Origin: a virus
Taxonomy: Duplodnaviria > Caudoviricetes
Virus record (IMG/VR): IMGVR_UViG_3300020576_006124
Location: 64,001-128,000 of that record
DNA: 64,000 bases
Direction: 5' to 3' (one strand)
A program made the translations under genes and the position numbers. Under the pieces are notes generated by a model. That model was not told the DNA's origin and did no database searches. It worked only from the letters and a program-made list of their open reading frames with translations. Below are positions 36,835 to 47,578 of this stretch, in pieces (position 1 is the stretch's first letter; each line of letters begins with the position of its first letter).

Positions 36835-38367
36835 TTAGATGTACTTAATTGTAAAGACAACATCCGGAGGCATATGTTGTTTAACTACCTTATAAATCTC
36901 CTCCTCAGTGCAATTGTTTAGTGCTGTAGCACTTACCTTAACAACAACTTCTCCACCTAAGCTATAAGCCCCACCACCCCAAGTTCCAACATTCAAAAGG
37001 GATTTAAGAATTGGAAGATCTTCCTCTGGGATGTAGTCTTCATCCTTAGGCATTAGGATACCTCCTCCGTAATTATCCGCCTTAATTAAGGTAGATTCCA
37101 TTCCATTAACAGTTGATAAGAATATCTTAGAAATAGGAACGCAGAAAGGAAGATCTGAGTCGAAGGTGAAGCTGGATGTATTCTCATCATAATAGTTAAC
37201 CCCCAGTGTTGCAAAACCCCAACTATTCGCGGAGTTAAAATTACCTCGGCTTAGGGTAAATTCAACCCCCGCGTCATATACTTTATGTTTTAAACAAGAT
37301 TTAGCATATGGGGATGCAGTTGCAGGTCTTATATCAAAACAACTCCAACACTTTATGTCTAAAGAGCCTACAACATCCCCAATTACATCTGTATAGGGGG
37401 TAAAACGAACCCTCATTACTGCTGAAGGTTCTAGATATAAAGCTATCTGTTTATCTATAAGATCAGAAGTAGTGTAACTGGCCCATAAGTCCTTTATCTT
37501 GTGACTATATTCTGGATTACAATCAAATCCGTACCAAGAAGACCCGCTGCCGAATCCTGTGTACACAAACGATTGTGGGTGAGAGTAATACTCTAATATT
37601 ACAGAATCCTGTGGGCTGAGGTTTTGAGAAATTCTTATGGACTTCTGATTGTAGTCTAGGTTTAAAATCTCATTTGTAGGGGTATCATCGTATACTCCAG
37701 AATAGAAGTCTACGTTATTTATTTTTATTTTCTTTAGGGTTCTAAGATCTCCACTATACCCTATGGTGTTTATATTTTGGATAATACCAATCTCTCGCTC
37801 AGTGTCTACCCTTCCATTACCAGGAAACTTAGTATCAGTTACTGTGGTATTTTCCTTGTAGTAAAGCTCTGGTAAAGAATAAATAAAAACTAAAGTATCA
37901 TCCGCTTGGATATTGGTACCAAACTCATCATCCAATAAAAGAGAAGCCCAACTATAGTTAGATGGGGTTTCATCCCCACTGACAACATATGAGTCTACCA
38001 TGAAACCATTATCTACCCTTATACCCCACGTATTTCCTGGTAGAATTTCTACAGCCCGGCTCTCAATTTTTTTAGTATTGAATTTGAGGTTGAGTTTTTC
38101 TGTTACTGATTTAATCCTTCCAGTTTGAACTGAAGTTATAGAAGCAAGAGCACTATCTGTAAAGGAGAGATCCACCTGAAAAGAGGATAAGCTGTATTGG
38201 GCTGCAAGGATGCTTTTCTGCTCTCCCCGGTAATAAGAGCTACCTTCTACTAAGTTCAGTATAATAGGTTGGAAAAAGTTTTCACTTGACCCCCCATGAA
38301 TATACCCAAGTAGAACGTGGTCCTCCTCTGGCCTAGTAGGCACTACTTGAACATTTAGTCTATTCAT
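36835..38367 (-). CDS. Putative baseplate protein
   Basis: 510 aa; GF...DCNP motif and C-terminal I...V..H.P......I.Y. Confidence 0.5.
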   Translation of the reverse strand: MNRLNVQVVPTRPEEDHVLLGYIHGGSSENFFQPIILNLVEGSSYYRGEQKSILAAQYSLSSFQVDLSFTDSALASITSVQTGRIKSVTEKLNLKFNTKKIESRAVEILPGNTWGIRVDNGFMVDSYVVSGDETPSNYSWASLLLDDEFGTNIQADDTLVFIYSLPELYYKENTTVTDTKFPGNGRVDTEREIGIIQNINTIGYSGDLRTLKKIKINNVDFYSGVYDDTPTNEILNLDYNQKSIRISQNLSPQDSVILEYYSHPQSFVYTGFGSGSSWYGFDCNPEYSHKIKDLWASYTTSDLIDKQIALYLEPSAVMRVRFTPYTDVIGDVVGSLDIKCWSCFDIRPATASPYAKSCLKHKVYDAGVEFTLSRGNFNSANSWGFATLGVNYYDENTSSFTFDSDLPFCVPISKIFLSTVNGMESTLIKADNYGGGILMPKDEDYIPEEDLPILKSLLNVGTWGGGAYSLGGEVVVKVSATALNNCTEEEIYKVVKQHMPPDVVFTIKYI

Positions 38368-39935
38368 AGGTTTATGTCGTAAAGGCCTTCGTTATCAGAG
38401 TCTGTCACAGCTAAATAGGCGCCAGTTTCTATTAATATAGCATTATTATAGTAAGGATCAAATATAGTAGACGGAGGGAGTTCAAAGGACCCCTTATACA
38501 CTATACCTTGATAGGACATTTCTTGATCATCTTTTGGTTTAACTGTCAAAGATTTGTTCAGCCTTGGAAGCCCATCTAGTCTAGACTGTTGACAATATAT
38601 ATTACCTTCTTTTTGGGTTACAAAGGAGTATCCCTTTTCGTAGTCGGTACTTGTATATATATTAGAGGTGGCTGTACCTGATATAGTATTTGAATTTATA
38701 GCTGAACAGGTAAAAAAGATACTCCAAGCCCCTGCCGCTGTAGCCTTAACATAAAAACTAATTTTGCCTGTGCTATCCACCGCTGTGGGAAAAGAAGTAA
38801 TAGCTGTAAGATTGGAAGAGGTTTTACTAATAGTTGCTAGGGGCACAGGTATATTGGATCTATCCAGGACTATCACAGTAATAAGGGTCTCCTCTGCTAC
38901 ACCTGTGTGCAGATAATCCTTATCTGAGTAAGCGACCACCCTATGAGGCGTGTTAAGAGAAGAAATAGGGGTGTCAGTAGATATCACAAAACCCTGACCC
39001 TTGTAGCCCAAGGTTAGTGGAGATAAATTAACAGCGGTTAGAGAATCCAGTCCTTCTTTTTTATGGGTAGTTTCATAATGAATGATAATCGCATCTGCGG
39101 AAGCATACCCTGCGTAAACCTCAAAACTAGTAGTTGTTTTCTGGATATAGGAATACTTAATATAGTACTCCAAAATTACCCACTTCCCCTCTTCTATTGT
39201 TGTCTCTAGATAATCTCCAAAAAATGGGGCTCCACTGTTATATAACGTGTCTCCACCCCTCCGTATAGTTATACCTTCTATATATTTATATGTCGGCCTT
39301 ATTCCTTCTTTTTCAACTATCACAGCCTCTCTAAACTTAAGAAGGGGTTGAGAGTAGATCAGATCTAAATAATAATTATTATTTGGAGAGGTTGTAGTTT
39401 TTATGTATACGTAGCTCGTAGCTGTATCAAAAAAGTACTGATCTTCACTCTTAACTTCCGTCAAGGATTTAACCTCTAACAAAGTTTCTTCCTCTAGGCT
39501 TCTTACATTAATAAGCTTTGTTCCCGCTGGAATTTGAACTCTATAGTAGGAACCAGAGGCAGTCCATGTAGCAACATACCCTGGGTACAGGCAGTTGTTA
39601 ATAGGAAGGTAATGAACCTGGCCACTTCCTCCAGCCCCCTCAGTGTCTGAGTAAATAAGGACTGGTCCTTTATTTGGATTGGCCGATCCCGTTAAGGTTA
39701 TTGTGTTGACACCCGCTGCTAAAGTAAAAGTTTCCTCTGCCCTATCATTGTAGTTATACTGAAGCCTACCATCAAAATAATAGAAGCCACTACCTGCGTC
39801 CAATAACCATAGATACTCCGTCTTTTCTTCTGTTGAAAGGCTTGTGTCTACTGTTCCTGATCGAGGGTACCCGTATTTTTCTAAGGTTGCGGCGACCTCC
39901 CCCAGTCTATATTTTGTAAAATTAGGTATACTCAT
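38364..39935 (-). CDS. Putative structural protein with Ig-like domain
   Basis: I.V.VLD.SN.PV......TAVDSTGK..F resembles a Big-1-like segment. Confidence 0.5.
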   Translation of the reverse strand: MSIPNFTKYRLGEVAATLEKYGYPRSGTVDTSLSTEEKTEYLWLLDAGSGFYYFDGRLQYNYNDRAEETFTLAAGVNTITLTGSANPNKGPVLIYSDTEGAGGSGQVHYLPINNCLYPGYVATWTASGSYYRVQIPAGTKLINVRSLEEETLLEVKSLTEVKSEDQYFFDTATSYVYIKTTTSPNNNYYLDLIYSQPLLKFREAVIVEKEGIRPTYKYIEGITIRRGGDTLYNSGAPFFGDYLETTIEEGKWVILEYYIKYSYIQKTTTSFEVYAGYASADAIIIHYETTHKKEGLDSLTAVNLSPLTLGYKGQGFVISTDTPISSLNTPHRVVAYSDKDYLHTGVAEETLITVIVLDRSNIPVPLATISKTSSNLTAITSFPTAVDSTGKISFYVKATAAGAWSIFFTCSAINSNTISGTATSNIYTSTDYEKGYSFVTQKEGNIYCQQSRLDGLPRLNKSLTVKPKDDQEMSYQGIVYKGSFELPPSTIFDPYYNNAILIETGAYLAVTDSDNEGLYDINL

Positions 39936-41115
39936 AAGTCTGTTCTCCAGATAGGATAGGATTCCCCCACCTTATCTTTTTTGTTCTAGTCACTTTTTCA
40001 ATTTGAACTGATGTCTGTGTTAAGCCAATATAAGATCTGGGATAACCAGAATCTCTTCTAACTCCTATAATTTTATCGTAAGAGTCTTTCAATAAAACTA
40101 TATTTCTAGACCAAATTCTTCTGGCTCCGATTCTGTCTGTATCTGCCTCATCATAGTCAAGAATATTTTTATCTTTAGTTTCCCAATAACCAAATCCCTG
40201 GGCTGTATAATAACTTCCCCCACTTTCTATGGGGGATATTCTACTTTGGGTAAAGAGTGAGTTATTCGGAAACTCAATAGAATTGTACTCAGTACTAAAA
40301 TTAAGTGGATTGGAAGTGTGAGAGTTCCAGGCCAGAACCAATCCCAGCCCTAAAACAATAGCTATTTGGTTCTCAGTTTTTCGGCTTAGACAATACTTCT
40401 TGTGGATCAAAGAAAGATCAGTATTAGAAAAATTTTTACATCTTAAGTATCCGAAAACTTTAACATTGGTATCCCATATGTTACTTATTAAATGAACTTC
40501 CGGAGTTGTATTGACTGAGTTAAGTTGGAGGTTGCTAGTGTGAGCTAGAATTTCCGCTCGTAGATCCTCAGAAAGATACTTTAAATTAAAAGTTCCTGCT
40601 TTGTAGCTAAACAAGCCATTTTGATCTGGATATACCCTTACCCATGGCTGATTGCCGGAACCTTCTATAAGAAAATAAGAGTCTTCTGTGGGTGGGGTAG
40701 ACAGGAGTTGAGAAGAAATATCAAAGGTTCCTGTTGTAGTAGATGTTATTTCTACGGTTATTTCTTCTGAATTGGATACAAAGTACCCTTCCCTTGCTTT
40801 AAAGTAGTAAGAAGGCTCTTTTGAGTATTTGAGGTCTTCAAGACTTTTTGCTCTTTTAAACCCTAAATTGAGGGCTGTGGACTCAGCTATAGTAGTAGAG
40901 AGCGTAATTCCCTCTTCCATAGTTGCTGTATCCCTTAGAAAAAGAAAAGAGGTCGGCTCAGATACGTCCCAATACCTTAGAGGGCCACAAAAGTATGCGG
41001 ACTGCTCCACCTCTTTAAGAGGATAGAACAATCCGCGAATTGGCAGCTTGTAACTAAGACTACTGGTATTTAAATATGCAGCTCCCCATCTAGGTTGCTG
41101 GGAGAGGTCTAACAT
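39922..41115 (-). CDS. Putative baseplate protein (likely paralogue of 43209-44546)
   Basis: Context and a shared C-terminal RWGN motif. Confidence 0.45.
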   Translation of the reverse strand: MLDLSQQPRWGAAYLNTSSLSYKLPIRGLFYPLKEVEQSAYFCGPLRYWDVSEPTSFLFLRDTATMEEGITLSTTIAESTALNLGFKRAKSLEDLKYSKEPSYYFKAREGYFVSNSEEITVEITSTTTGTFDISSQLLSTPPTEDSYFLIEGSGNQPWVRVYPDQNGLFSYKAGTFNLKYLSEDLRAEILAHTSNLQLNSVNTTPEVHLISNIWDTNVKVFGYLRCKNFSNTDLSLIHKKYCLSRKTENQIAIVLGLGLVLAWNSHTSNPLNFSTEYNSIEFPNNSLFTQSRISPIESGGSYYTAQGFGYWETKDKNILDYDEADTDRIGARRIWSRNIVLLKDSYDKIIGVRRDSGYPRSYIGLTQTSVQIEKVTRTKKIRWGNPILSGEQTYEYT

Positions 41116-41135
41116 TCTTCATTTAAAATAGAGTC

Positions 41136-42692
41136 CTACTCTGCCTTTTTATCTATGATTATTGAGTTTGTTTGAGTATAATGTTTAGCTATATTGATTG
41201 CATTCACAACGGCAGCTTGAACTGTTCTTGCGGAATCAATTATACCCAACTCGAACATATCTTTTCCTTCTTCTTTAGTGGCCATGTTAAAGCCGCCTAC
41301 AAGAAGTTTATTCTGATAATCCTTCTCAGGCATTTCAGCATTTAAACTAATTTGGGATGAAGGGGCTAGTAAACATTTAAAAGCCTCTCTATACTTAGTG
41401 TCTAGACTATTCTTTTCGAAAATCTGTAGAAGGAATTTACCTCCACCCTCAACAACTCCGTATTTAATTCCATTCCTAGTCGCGTTGATAGCATCCTCAA
41501 ACCTATCTCTTTTCTCAGCAGCGTCGGAAGCATTCTCTCCTCTTAAAAAGATAGTAGCAGTTTTACCGGTAAGTTGTGCTATTCTTTTTTCAAACTTTTC
41601 TTTGTCTTCCTTAGAAAAGTTCTTAACCTCTTCTAGTAATTTAGCTGTGTGTTTAGCTATATTCTCCTCATTCTCCTCATTGGTCTGAATGAGGGTTTGG
41701 CCTCTAGCAATGCTCACTTTTCTAAAATCTCCTAGATCAGTGGGCTCAACCTTACTGAGAAGAACCCCCTTATTTTTATAGAACATTGTAGCCCCGCTTG
41801 CTGCGGCTAAGTCCTCAAGGAGTTGGAGTCTTCCCTCCCCAAAAGAGGGGGCTCTAATAACACAAATATTCAAGCTATTCTTGTTAATATTAGAAATTAG
41901 TGTTCCTAGGCACCTATCTGACATTTCATCGACAACAAGAAGCAGGGGAATCTCAGCCCCTATGTTGCTCTTAATCATTTTTTGAAGGAAGGGTACAAGT
42001 TCGTTTTCATTAGTTATCCCACTCTCCCAAATAAGAACTTTGGGATCCTCCCTTATCCAGAAACCTCCAGGGGCCATGTCAGGATGATACCACCCCTTGT
42101 CTAGGGTAATTCCTGAGCTGATCTTAACATGGGTGTTTTCGTCACTGACATAATCCAGGGTAATGATTCCTTCTGGCCCAATATTGTAAAATGCCTCTGC
42201 GACAGCATTACCAACCTCTTCTGAGTTACCCGAGATAGTAGCAAGGTTTCTTAAGGTCTTTAAATCAGAAGCAGAGATCTCTTTCCTAGAATTTTCTAGT
42301 GTGGATAAAACTACCCCCTGGACATATTCTAGTTTCTCTACAATTTCTCTGGAGTTATCCCCTGTCAACTCTCGGTCAACAAAATCACAAAAAGCTCTGG
42401 CTAGAACGCAGGCTCCGCTCGTTCCGTCTCCTGAAATGTTATTAGTACTTAGGGCCACCTGTAAGAAGAATTCTATAGCTGCTTGAATAAAAGGATCTTG
42501 TGATTTGACCTGTGAGGCAACTGTAACTCCATCTTTAGTAACATAAGGAACTCTTCCTTTCATAAAAAGGCAAGTCTTCCCATGAGGCCCCATAGTAGCA
42601 CCAACGGCACTAGCTACCAAATTGATGCCCTCCTTAAGCTTTACTTTTGCGTCAGAACCTAATAGAACTAGCGTCTTATTCTCTTCAATCAT
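41136..42692 (-). CDS. groEL: GroEL-like chaperonin (start probably 42692)
   Basis: TMGPHG, VTKDGVTVA, GDGT, APSFGE.R...LEDLA, RIAQL.G, RFEDAINATR, GVVEGGG, GIID. Confidence 0.96.
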   Translation of the reverse strand: MIEENKTLVLLGSDAKVKLKEGINLVASAVGATMGPHGKTCLFMKGRVPYVTKDGVTVASQVKSQDPFIQAAIEFFLQVALSTNNISGDGTSGACVLARAFCDFVDRELTGDNSREIVEKLEYVQGVVLSTLENSRKEISASDLKTLRNLATISGNSEEVGNAVAEAFYNIGPEGIITLDYVSDENTHVKISSGITLDKGWYHPDMAPGGFWIREDPKVLIWESGITNENELVPFLQKMIKSNIGAEIPLLLVVDEMSDRCLGTLISNINKNSLNICVIRAPSFGEGRLQLLEDLAAASGATMFYKNKGVLLSKVEPTDLGDFRKVSIARGQTLIQTNEENEENIAKHTAKLLEEVKNFSKEDKEKFEKRIAQLTGKTATIFLRGENASDAAEKRDRFEDAINATRNGIKYGVVEGGGKFLLQIFEKNSLDTKYREAFKCLLAPSSQISLNAEMPEKDYQNKLLVGGFNMATKEEGKDMFELGIIDSARTVQAAVVNAINIAKHYTQTNSIIIDKKAE

Positions 42693-43212
42693 AGTTTTTG
42701 TTATATGCAAGATATACACCCAAACAGTCGCTAAAGGTGTACTTTACTTGTTTTGATTTTACCTTATACTTCTCCAGTATTTGCTCAAAATCAGGGAAAG
42801 ATTCTAAAACTTTTTGAAAAACTTTTTCTTTTACTTCCTCCGTATTCTTTATTGTACGGGGTATCCCTAGAAGTTTCTTAATAGCTCTAGCTTCGACATA
42901 TTCCGGTTTTATTCCAGATGTGTACTCTAAAGAAACGCAGAGAGTCCTAACTGTAGCTAGGGCAAGTAAGGCTTTACTAGACTGAGATCCTTGTGGATTT
43001 TCAAATACTATCTTGTCTGGTTTTAAAGCTTTGATCAAGTTGGTCAATTTTCCCAAGATCTCCCTAGTTCTTAGTATTATAGACTCTGCTTCTGTTAGCT
43101 TAGAATTAGGAAGAGTCTGAATAACAGACATCTCTAAAATTTCCTTAGTTGTGGTTTCCACAACTACAACCCCAAAGAATCTTAAGGAGGGGTCTAAAAG
43201 CATTATTTTCAT
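42685..43212 (-). CDS. ruvC: RuvC-like Holliday junction resolvase
   Basis: LLDPSL..FGVVV, IVFE, IKK, K..V and SDCLG acidic catalytic pattern. Confidence 0.82.
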   Translation of the reverse strand: MKIMLLDPSLRFFGVVVVETTTKEILEMSVIQTLPNSKLTEAESIILRTREILGKLTNLIKALKPDKIVFENPQGSQSSKALLALATVRTLCVSLEYTSGIKPEYVEARAIKKLLGIPRTIKNTEEVKEKVFQKVLESFPDFEQILEKYKVKSKQVKYTFSDCLGVYLAYNKNYD

Positions 43213-44546
43213 GTATTGATATAAAGGTTATTAAAAGAGTATTCTCCTCTATTACCCCATTTAGCCCTTTCTCTGTTAAACACAATTTTTTCTACTTTGT
43301 GTACTGAGTCTGCTATTTGGAATATAGTTCTTTCTCCTACGTAGTTATCATTGACGGGTCTAATATGCCCTATTTCCGGAATCAGAGTAGGGTTATAAGA
43401 TTGGCAATATACTATTGATCCGTCTACTAGTGTAGTCGTATACTCATTCCCACTTTTAGTAAAGGATACAGGGCCTTCTGGTGTAAATAGTGTACCCCAT
43501 TCCCCGGTAAACCTGGAATAAGTTTTACCCCCTTTAATCTCAAGTTTTTCTACAAACATATTCCAGTCTGAGTATGTTTTTTCTTGAAAATAGTTATAGG
43601 AGTCTTGGTTAAAGTAGCCCCCTAAGCTTGTTTCCTGGTAGATGTTAGAATTTGTAATTTCTCCCAGAACATACAAAAGATAGTTGCCCTGGTTTAGAAT
43701 TTGAGCTTTGGGTAACAGTAAAGCCCTTTCTTTGTTATAGCTTAAAGCCCTTATATCTAAAACTCCTTGCTTAAAAAGGAACTTGTCTGGTTGAGAGTAG
43801 ATCTTTTTTATACTTGCGCTTGTACTGCTACCCCCATTTATTTTAATGTTCAGTGAAGTCAGGCTGTTGTACGTTTCTTTATATAAAGTTAAAACAACCA
43901 ATTCTTCGTCTGTTTTAACCCCTAAATACCTATCAGACCTGTTTTCTGATTTAACAAAAAATCTATTGGAAGAGGGGAGGCTGAAATAAACTATAGAATC
44001 CAAGTGATCAAAGCATGGATCTGTGCTAAAGGCAAATCCGTCTGTAGTTGTAGACAAAGACCTTGAGAATTCTACCCCTGAGATCAAAACACAGACCTCA
44101 GATTGATAATACATTGGAGTAGTACAAGATAATAACTCCTCTTCACTATTGGCTTTATCTATGGGAATCCACGTATTATCTGAGTACTGAATTTCCAGCT
44201 GGGTGACGTTTAAGTCTGTTTCTTTAATCCACAGGTACTCTTTAAATCCTCCTCTAAGTGTAAATTCAGACAGTGCTTTATCTTTAATTAAAGATAAGCA
44301 CCCAGCTAACTCACAAAGAATGCTCTCTTTCACACTTTGAGACGATATGGAGGGGAAAGATACTTTCCAGGCACTAGGGACTTTCCCTGCAGAAAAAGTA
44401 GGAACCGACCCTACTAGTGCTGGTGCAGTAGGTATCTCTTCAACTACATCATCCTCAACCAGAAAGTTGATAGATTCCCATCTGGGGAGCTTAAGCCCCA
44501 TTAAAGTTGCTTTCCTGATTAAATTGATGGGATACAGACTAGACAC
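43209..44546 (-). CDS. Putative baseplate protein
   Basis: Immediately downstream of baseplate J; C-terminal KWGN. Confidence 0.5.
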   Translation of the reverse strand: MSSLYPINLIRKATLMGLKLPRWESINFLVEDDVVEEIPTAPALVGSVPTFSAGKVPSAWKVSFPSISSQSVKESILCELAGCLSLIKDKALSEFTLRGGFKEYLWIKETDLNVTQLEIQYSDNTWIPIDKANSEEELLSCTTPMYYQSEVCVLISGVEFSRSLSTTTDGFAFSTDPCFDHLDSIVYFSLPSSNRFFVKSENRSDRYLGVKTDEELVVLTLYKETYNSLTSLNIKINGGSSTSASIKKIYSQPDKFLFKQGVLDIRALSYNKERALLLPKAQILNQGNYLLYVLGEITNSNIYQETSLGGYFNQDSYNYFQEKTYSDWNMFVEKLEIKGGKTYSRFTGEWGTLFTPEGPVSFTKSGNEYTTTLVDGSIVYCQSYNPTLIPEIGHIRPVNDNYVGERTIFQIADSVHKVEKIVFNRERAKWGNRGEYSFNNLYINT

Positions 44547-45640
44547 TAAGATATGGTTATTGAACTAAGCTCGAATTTTTCATCTACTTTACCAGCATAA
44601 AACCCGTTATTAGAAAGAATAGATCCCCCAATCTTCACAATAACAGCAGCATTTTTAATTTCCTGTGCTGAGTCGATTACAAACCGGGTAATCTGATTTG
44701 GGTAGAGGACAGCTGGGTTGGAAGAATCTAAAGATGAAATATAATTGTTAACGGCATTTGTGACTCTTTGAGATAGGTCCGAAGAAGTTCCAGAGCTAAG
44801 AGTAAGAAATATTTCTACATTAACCGGTATCCTTTCGGGGATTAGAAGTTTATAGTCAGTCCAAACTGGAACTGCCTCAGCAGCCATAGTAGATGCAAGA
44901 CTTAAAATAGTATTTTTATCTTGAAAAGCGGAAGGGAATAGTACGACATCTACTGTACCTGGGCCTCTCCTAGCCCTGTAGACACTTACATTCTTTACTC
45001 CAGGTATGGCCATAAACATACTTCTAAAGTTCTCTTCATTAAGGACGAATCTTCTTTGGAACTCTTGAAGAAGCCTAAATCTATATGAATCGTCCCCCTC
45101 CTCATCGCTACCGTTATCAATAGGGAGAGTGTTTGTAACAGAAACGGAAATGTTTACTGAGTTGTGGGAGTCTATGTCCCCTACTTTGGCTGAATAGTAA
45201 GAACCAGTGTCCGCAGCAATAACGTGTACAAAATCTGATTGAGCTACATCTAAGGATAGATTTTCTGTAGTAAAAAATGAAACACTAGGATTACCCGAGC
45301 TGTATACCCGAGTTCCTGCAATAATTGTCACGGTCCCCGAATCTAAATTGGTAAATTTGACAGCCCTACTCAAACCAACTGTAGTTGACTTGGTTGTCCT
45401 CTTCCTAGAAACACCTAAATAGTCACCCCAGCGATCTAGATAGGTACCAGTTGCCTGAAACAAATCAGAATTAGCCTCTATTTCTTGTAGAAAGGACCAT
45501 AGACCTTCAACCTCTTCCACAAAAATTGAGACTATTCTGCCCAAGGTACTATTAGTGGCAGACACATTCAAATCTGTATCAGAGTTAATTCTGCTGATTA
45601 TTCTTTCTATAGTGGTAGTTTTATCCGGCTTAGCAATCAT
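44546..45640 (-). CDS. Baseplate J / wedge protein
   Basis: ATGTYLDRWG..LGV.R, I.AGT.V, VTN......G.DEE.D.SYR.R, RGPGTVDV. Confidence 0.92.
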   Translation of the reverse strand: MIAKPDKTTTIERIISRINSDTDLNVSATNSTLGRIVSIFVEEVEGLWSFLQEIEANSDLFQATGTYLDRWGDYLGVSRKRTTKSTTVGLSRAVKFTNLDSGTVTIIAGTRVYSSGNPSVSFFTTENLSLDVAQSDFVHVIAADTGSYYSAKVGDIDSHNSVNISVSVTNTLPIDNGSDEEGDDSYRFRLLQEFQRRFVLNEENFRSMFMAIPGVKNVSVYRARRGPGTVDVVLFPSAFQDKNTILSLASTMAAEAVPVWTDYKLLIPERIPVNVEIFLTLSSGTSSDLSQRVTNAVNNYISSLDSSNPAVLYPNQITRFVIDSAQEIKNAAVIVKIGGSILSNNGFYAGKVDEKFELSSITIS

Positions 45641-46028
45641 TAATTTTTACCCTAATCCTAAAGTCTTTTTTCTCATTTGAAAGAATCTCAATTATAGTGA
45701 AAGGTATTTCGTACCTTTCTTCATTGTTCCTAAAAAGGATGGAATCGCCTATTTTAAGTAGAGTAGGAATACTTATCAAACTATGTCCACAAGCTTGACA
45801 TTTTATTTTTGAATAAAATGATACTGATGTGCAGGAAGGGTTAGAACAAATCTTTATAAATCTATTGTTTTTACATTCAAGAAGAATATTAGATTTGTCT
45901 GTTATCTTTTCTTTCACCTCCGAAGATTTACAAAAAATGAAGTTATAGGTGTTATTTTCCCCCTGCTTATTTACGATCTTCTTAGCAGTATAAAAGAAAA
46001 ACTTATCTCGGTTTAATTTTCCCATCAT
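45630..46028 (-). CDS. Zinc-ribbon protein
   Basis: CSNPSC and CQAC. Confidence 0.5.
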   Translation of the reverse strand: MMGKLNRDKFFFYTAKKIVNKQGENNTYNFIFCKSSEVKEKITDKSNILLECKNNRFIKICSNPSCTSVSFYSKIKCQACGHSLISIPTLLKIGDSILFRNNEERYEIPFTIIEILSNEKKDFRIRVKINDC

Positions 46029-46401
46029 TAAGGTTTAGTGACGCAGACCATTGAATTCTGTTTAACGTTGCGTCTAAGTATTCTACCACAATTAAAACGC
46101 TATTGTCTCCGGTTTTTAATACCCTTACGTTTCTTAGCGTAACAAAGTCGTCCCTAGAAAGTTCACGGATTACAGCATCAAGAATGTCGTTTCTTACTTT
46201 TTCTGTGTTAGGGAGACCAATAAATTTTTCAAGATCTGCCCCAACGTTAGGGTCTATTGTATAGTCACCTTTAGATGTCTTTAACCTAAAGAGGATCTCT
46301 TGTGCTACTTGTCTCTGACCTGTTACCTTTAGGACATCCCCATTAGGTCCCACTAATAGTTCTCCATCCTCATCAACAGCCCAATCAACTAAATAGCTCA
46401 T
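46003..46401 (-). CDS. gp25-like baseplate / sheath initiator protein
   Basis: NGD...V.G....QEI.FRLKT..GD....PNVGADL..FIG.PN. Confidence 0.85.
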   Translation of the reverse strand: MSYLVDWAVDEDGELLVGPNGDVLKVTGQRQVAQEILFRLKTSKGDYTIDPNVGADLEKFIGLPNTEKVRNDILDAVIRELSRDDFVTLRNVRVLKTGDNSVLIVVEYLDATLNRIQWSASLNLNDGKIKPR

Positions 46402-46904
46402 AAGAACTTAGACACCTCGTTAAATATATAATTTTTTTTCTCATCCTTCTCTTTGTGATCAAGGAGAAGGGGTATAACTTCAAATAAATCTATAATAGGG
46501 ACTGGATTGACTATCTCCCCTATGCCTGTTCCGGGATCTACTTGAACGTAGGATTGTGGGCCAATTACTTTAAAGCCATTTAGGTCTACTTTTGGTCTTA
46601 AGACGAAGGAGTTCTTCTCTAAAGAAGAGTTTAGGCCTTTGTTGTTAATTTTGAAGCTCTCTAAGTCTGGAACCTTTATTCTAATAGAAGATGATCTAAT
46701 CCCAAGAAAATCAGATAGAACCCCTACAGCCCCGGAAGCATCCAGAACCACTTTAGAGATTCCTGAGTACAACTCAGACTGACCAGTTTCTCGGAAAACA
46801 ACTCCACTTGGGCAATAAGGAGATCTAAGTCCTATGGATCCCCTACTATAACACATTAAGGTTTTATATGTCTTTTGTCCGCTTATGGAGATTTTATCAA
46901 ACAT
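46398..46904 (-). CDS. Putative baseplate spike-associated protein
   Basis: Position upstream of the gp25-like gene; short beta strands. Confidence 0.4.
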   Translation of the reverse strand: MFDKISISGQKTYKTLMCYSRGSIGLRSPYCPSGVVFRETGQSELYSGISKVVLDASGAVGVLSDFLGIRSSSIRIKVPDLESFKINNKGLNSSLEKNSFVLRPKVDLNGFKVIGPQSYVQVDPGTGIGEIVNPVPIIDLFEVIPLLLDHKEKDEKKNYIFNEVSKFL

Positions 46905-47578
46905 TATTTAAAATATCCCATAAACATTCCCGTGGGCACGTATGTGGTACCTGTCAGAGCGTTTGTTCCTTGTGATGTTTTTAGTGATTGTGGATTAACA
47001 GGTTTATTCTTTCCTGTTTTTGGATCAAATAGTTTGGGAGCTACAGGGTCTTTGGCGGCAGTGTTGGTTATATCTTTGGATGATGGGTGATCCATCTTTA
47101 ATGGGCTCTTGGAATTCATTTGATCCCAAGGTAGATTCCCTGCCAGTGGAGTATTTAGGCCACTTTGATCGTTTAGGGGGTTGGTTACAGTAGAGTTTAC
47201 CGGTTGTCTTTTATCAAAATATCCAGTAACAGTTGGTGTGGCATTACCACCTCCAAAAAAAGTAATATGTGCAAACATACCCTCAGCATTAGCCCCACCT
47301 AATTGACCGGAAGAGGATGAGGACACAAGAGAATCCTGTTTGGGGTCTACAAACTTATCAGGCACCGAACCAGAAGTACTTCTTGTTACAAGGGTGACAC
47401 TATCCCCAAAAGGGGCTCCTTTTATTTGAGCCATATTAAACTCAATTAAAGAAAACCCCTCGTATTGTTGGGCTGTTTGTTCCGCCAGGCTTTGAGTTTT
47501 TACGAAGAATCCTACTGTACTAAACGGTCTTTGTACAGAATCTAGTCTTGATAATCCTTTAACCTTGTCAGAGAACAT
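46904..47578 (-). CDS. Putative baseplate protein
   Basis: Context only. Confidence 0.4.
   Translation of the reverse strand: MFSDKVKGLSRLDSVQRPFSTVGFFVKTQSLAEQTAQQYEGFSLIEFNMAQIKGAPFGDSVTLVTRSTSGSVPDKFVDPKQDSLVSSSSSGQLGGANAEGMFAHITFFGGGNATPTVTGYFDKRQPVNSTVTNPLNDQSGLNTPLAGNLPWDQMNSKSPLKMDHPSSKDITNTAAKDPVAPKLFDPKTGKNKPVNPQSLKTSQGTNALTGTTYVPTGMFMGYFK

Noticed and set aside
41136-42692. Host chromosomal contamination or prophage boundary suggested by groEL, recA and ruvC
   Set aside because: These genes are divergent, overlap phage structural or replication genes, and share the same composition. No integrase or att site was seen.
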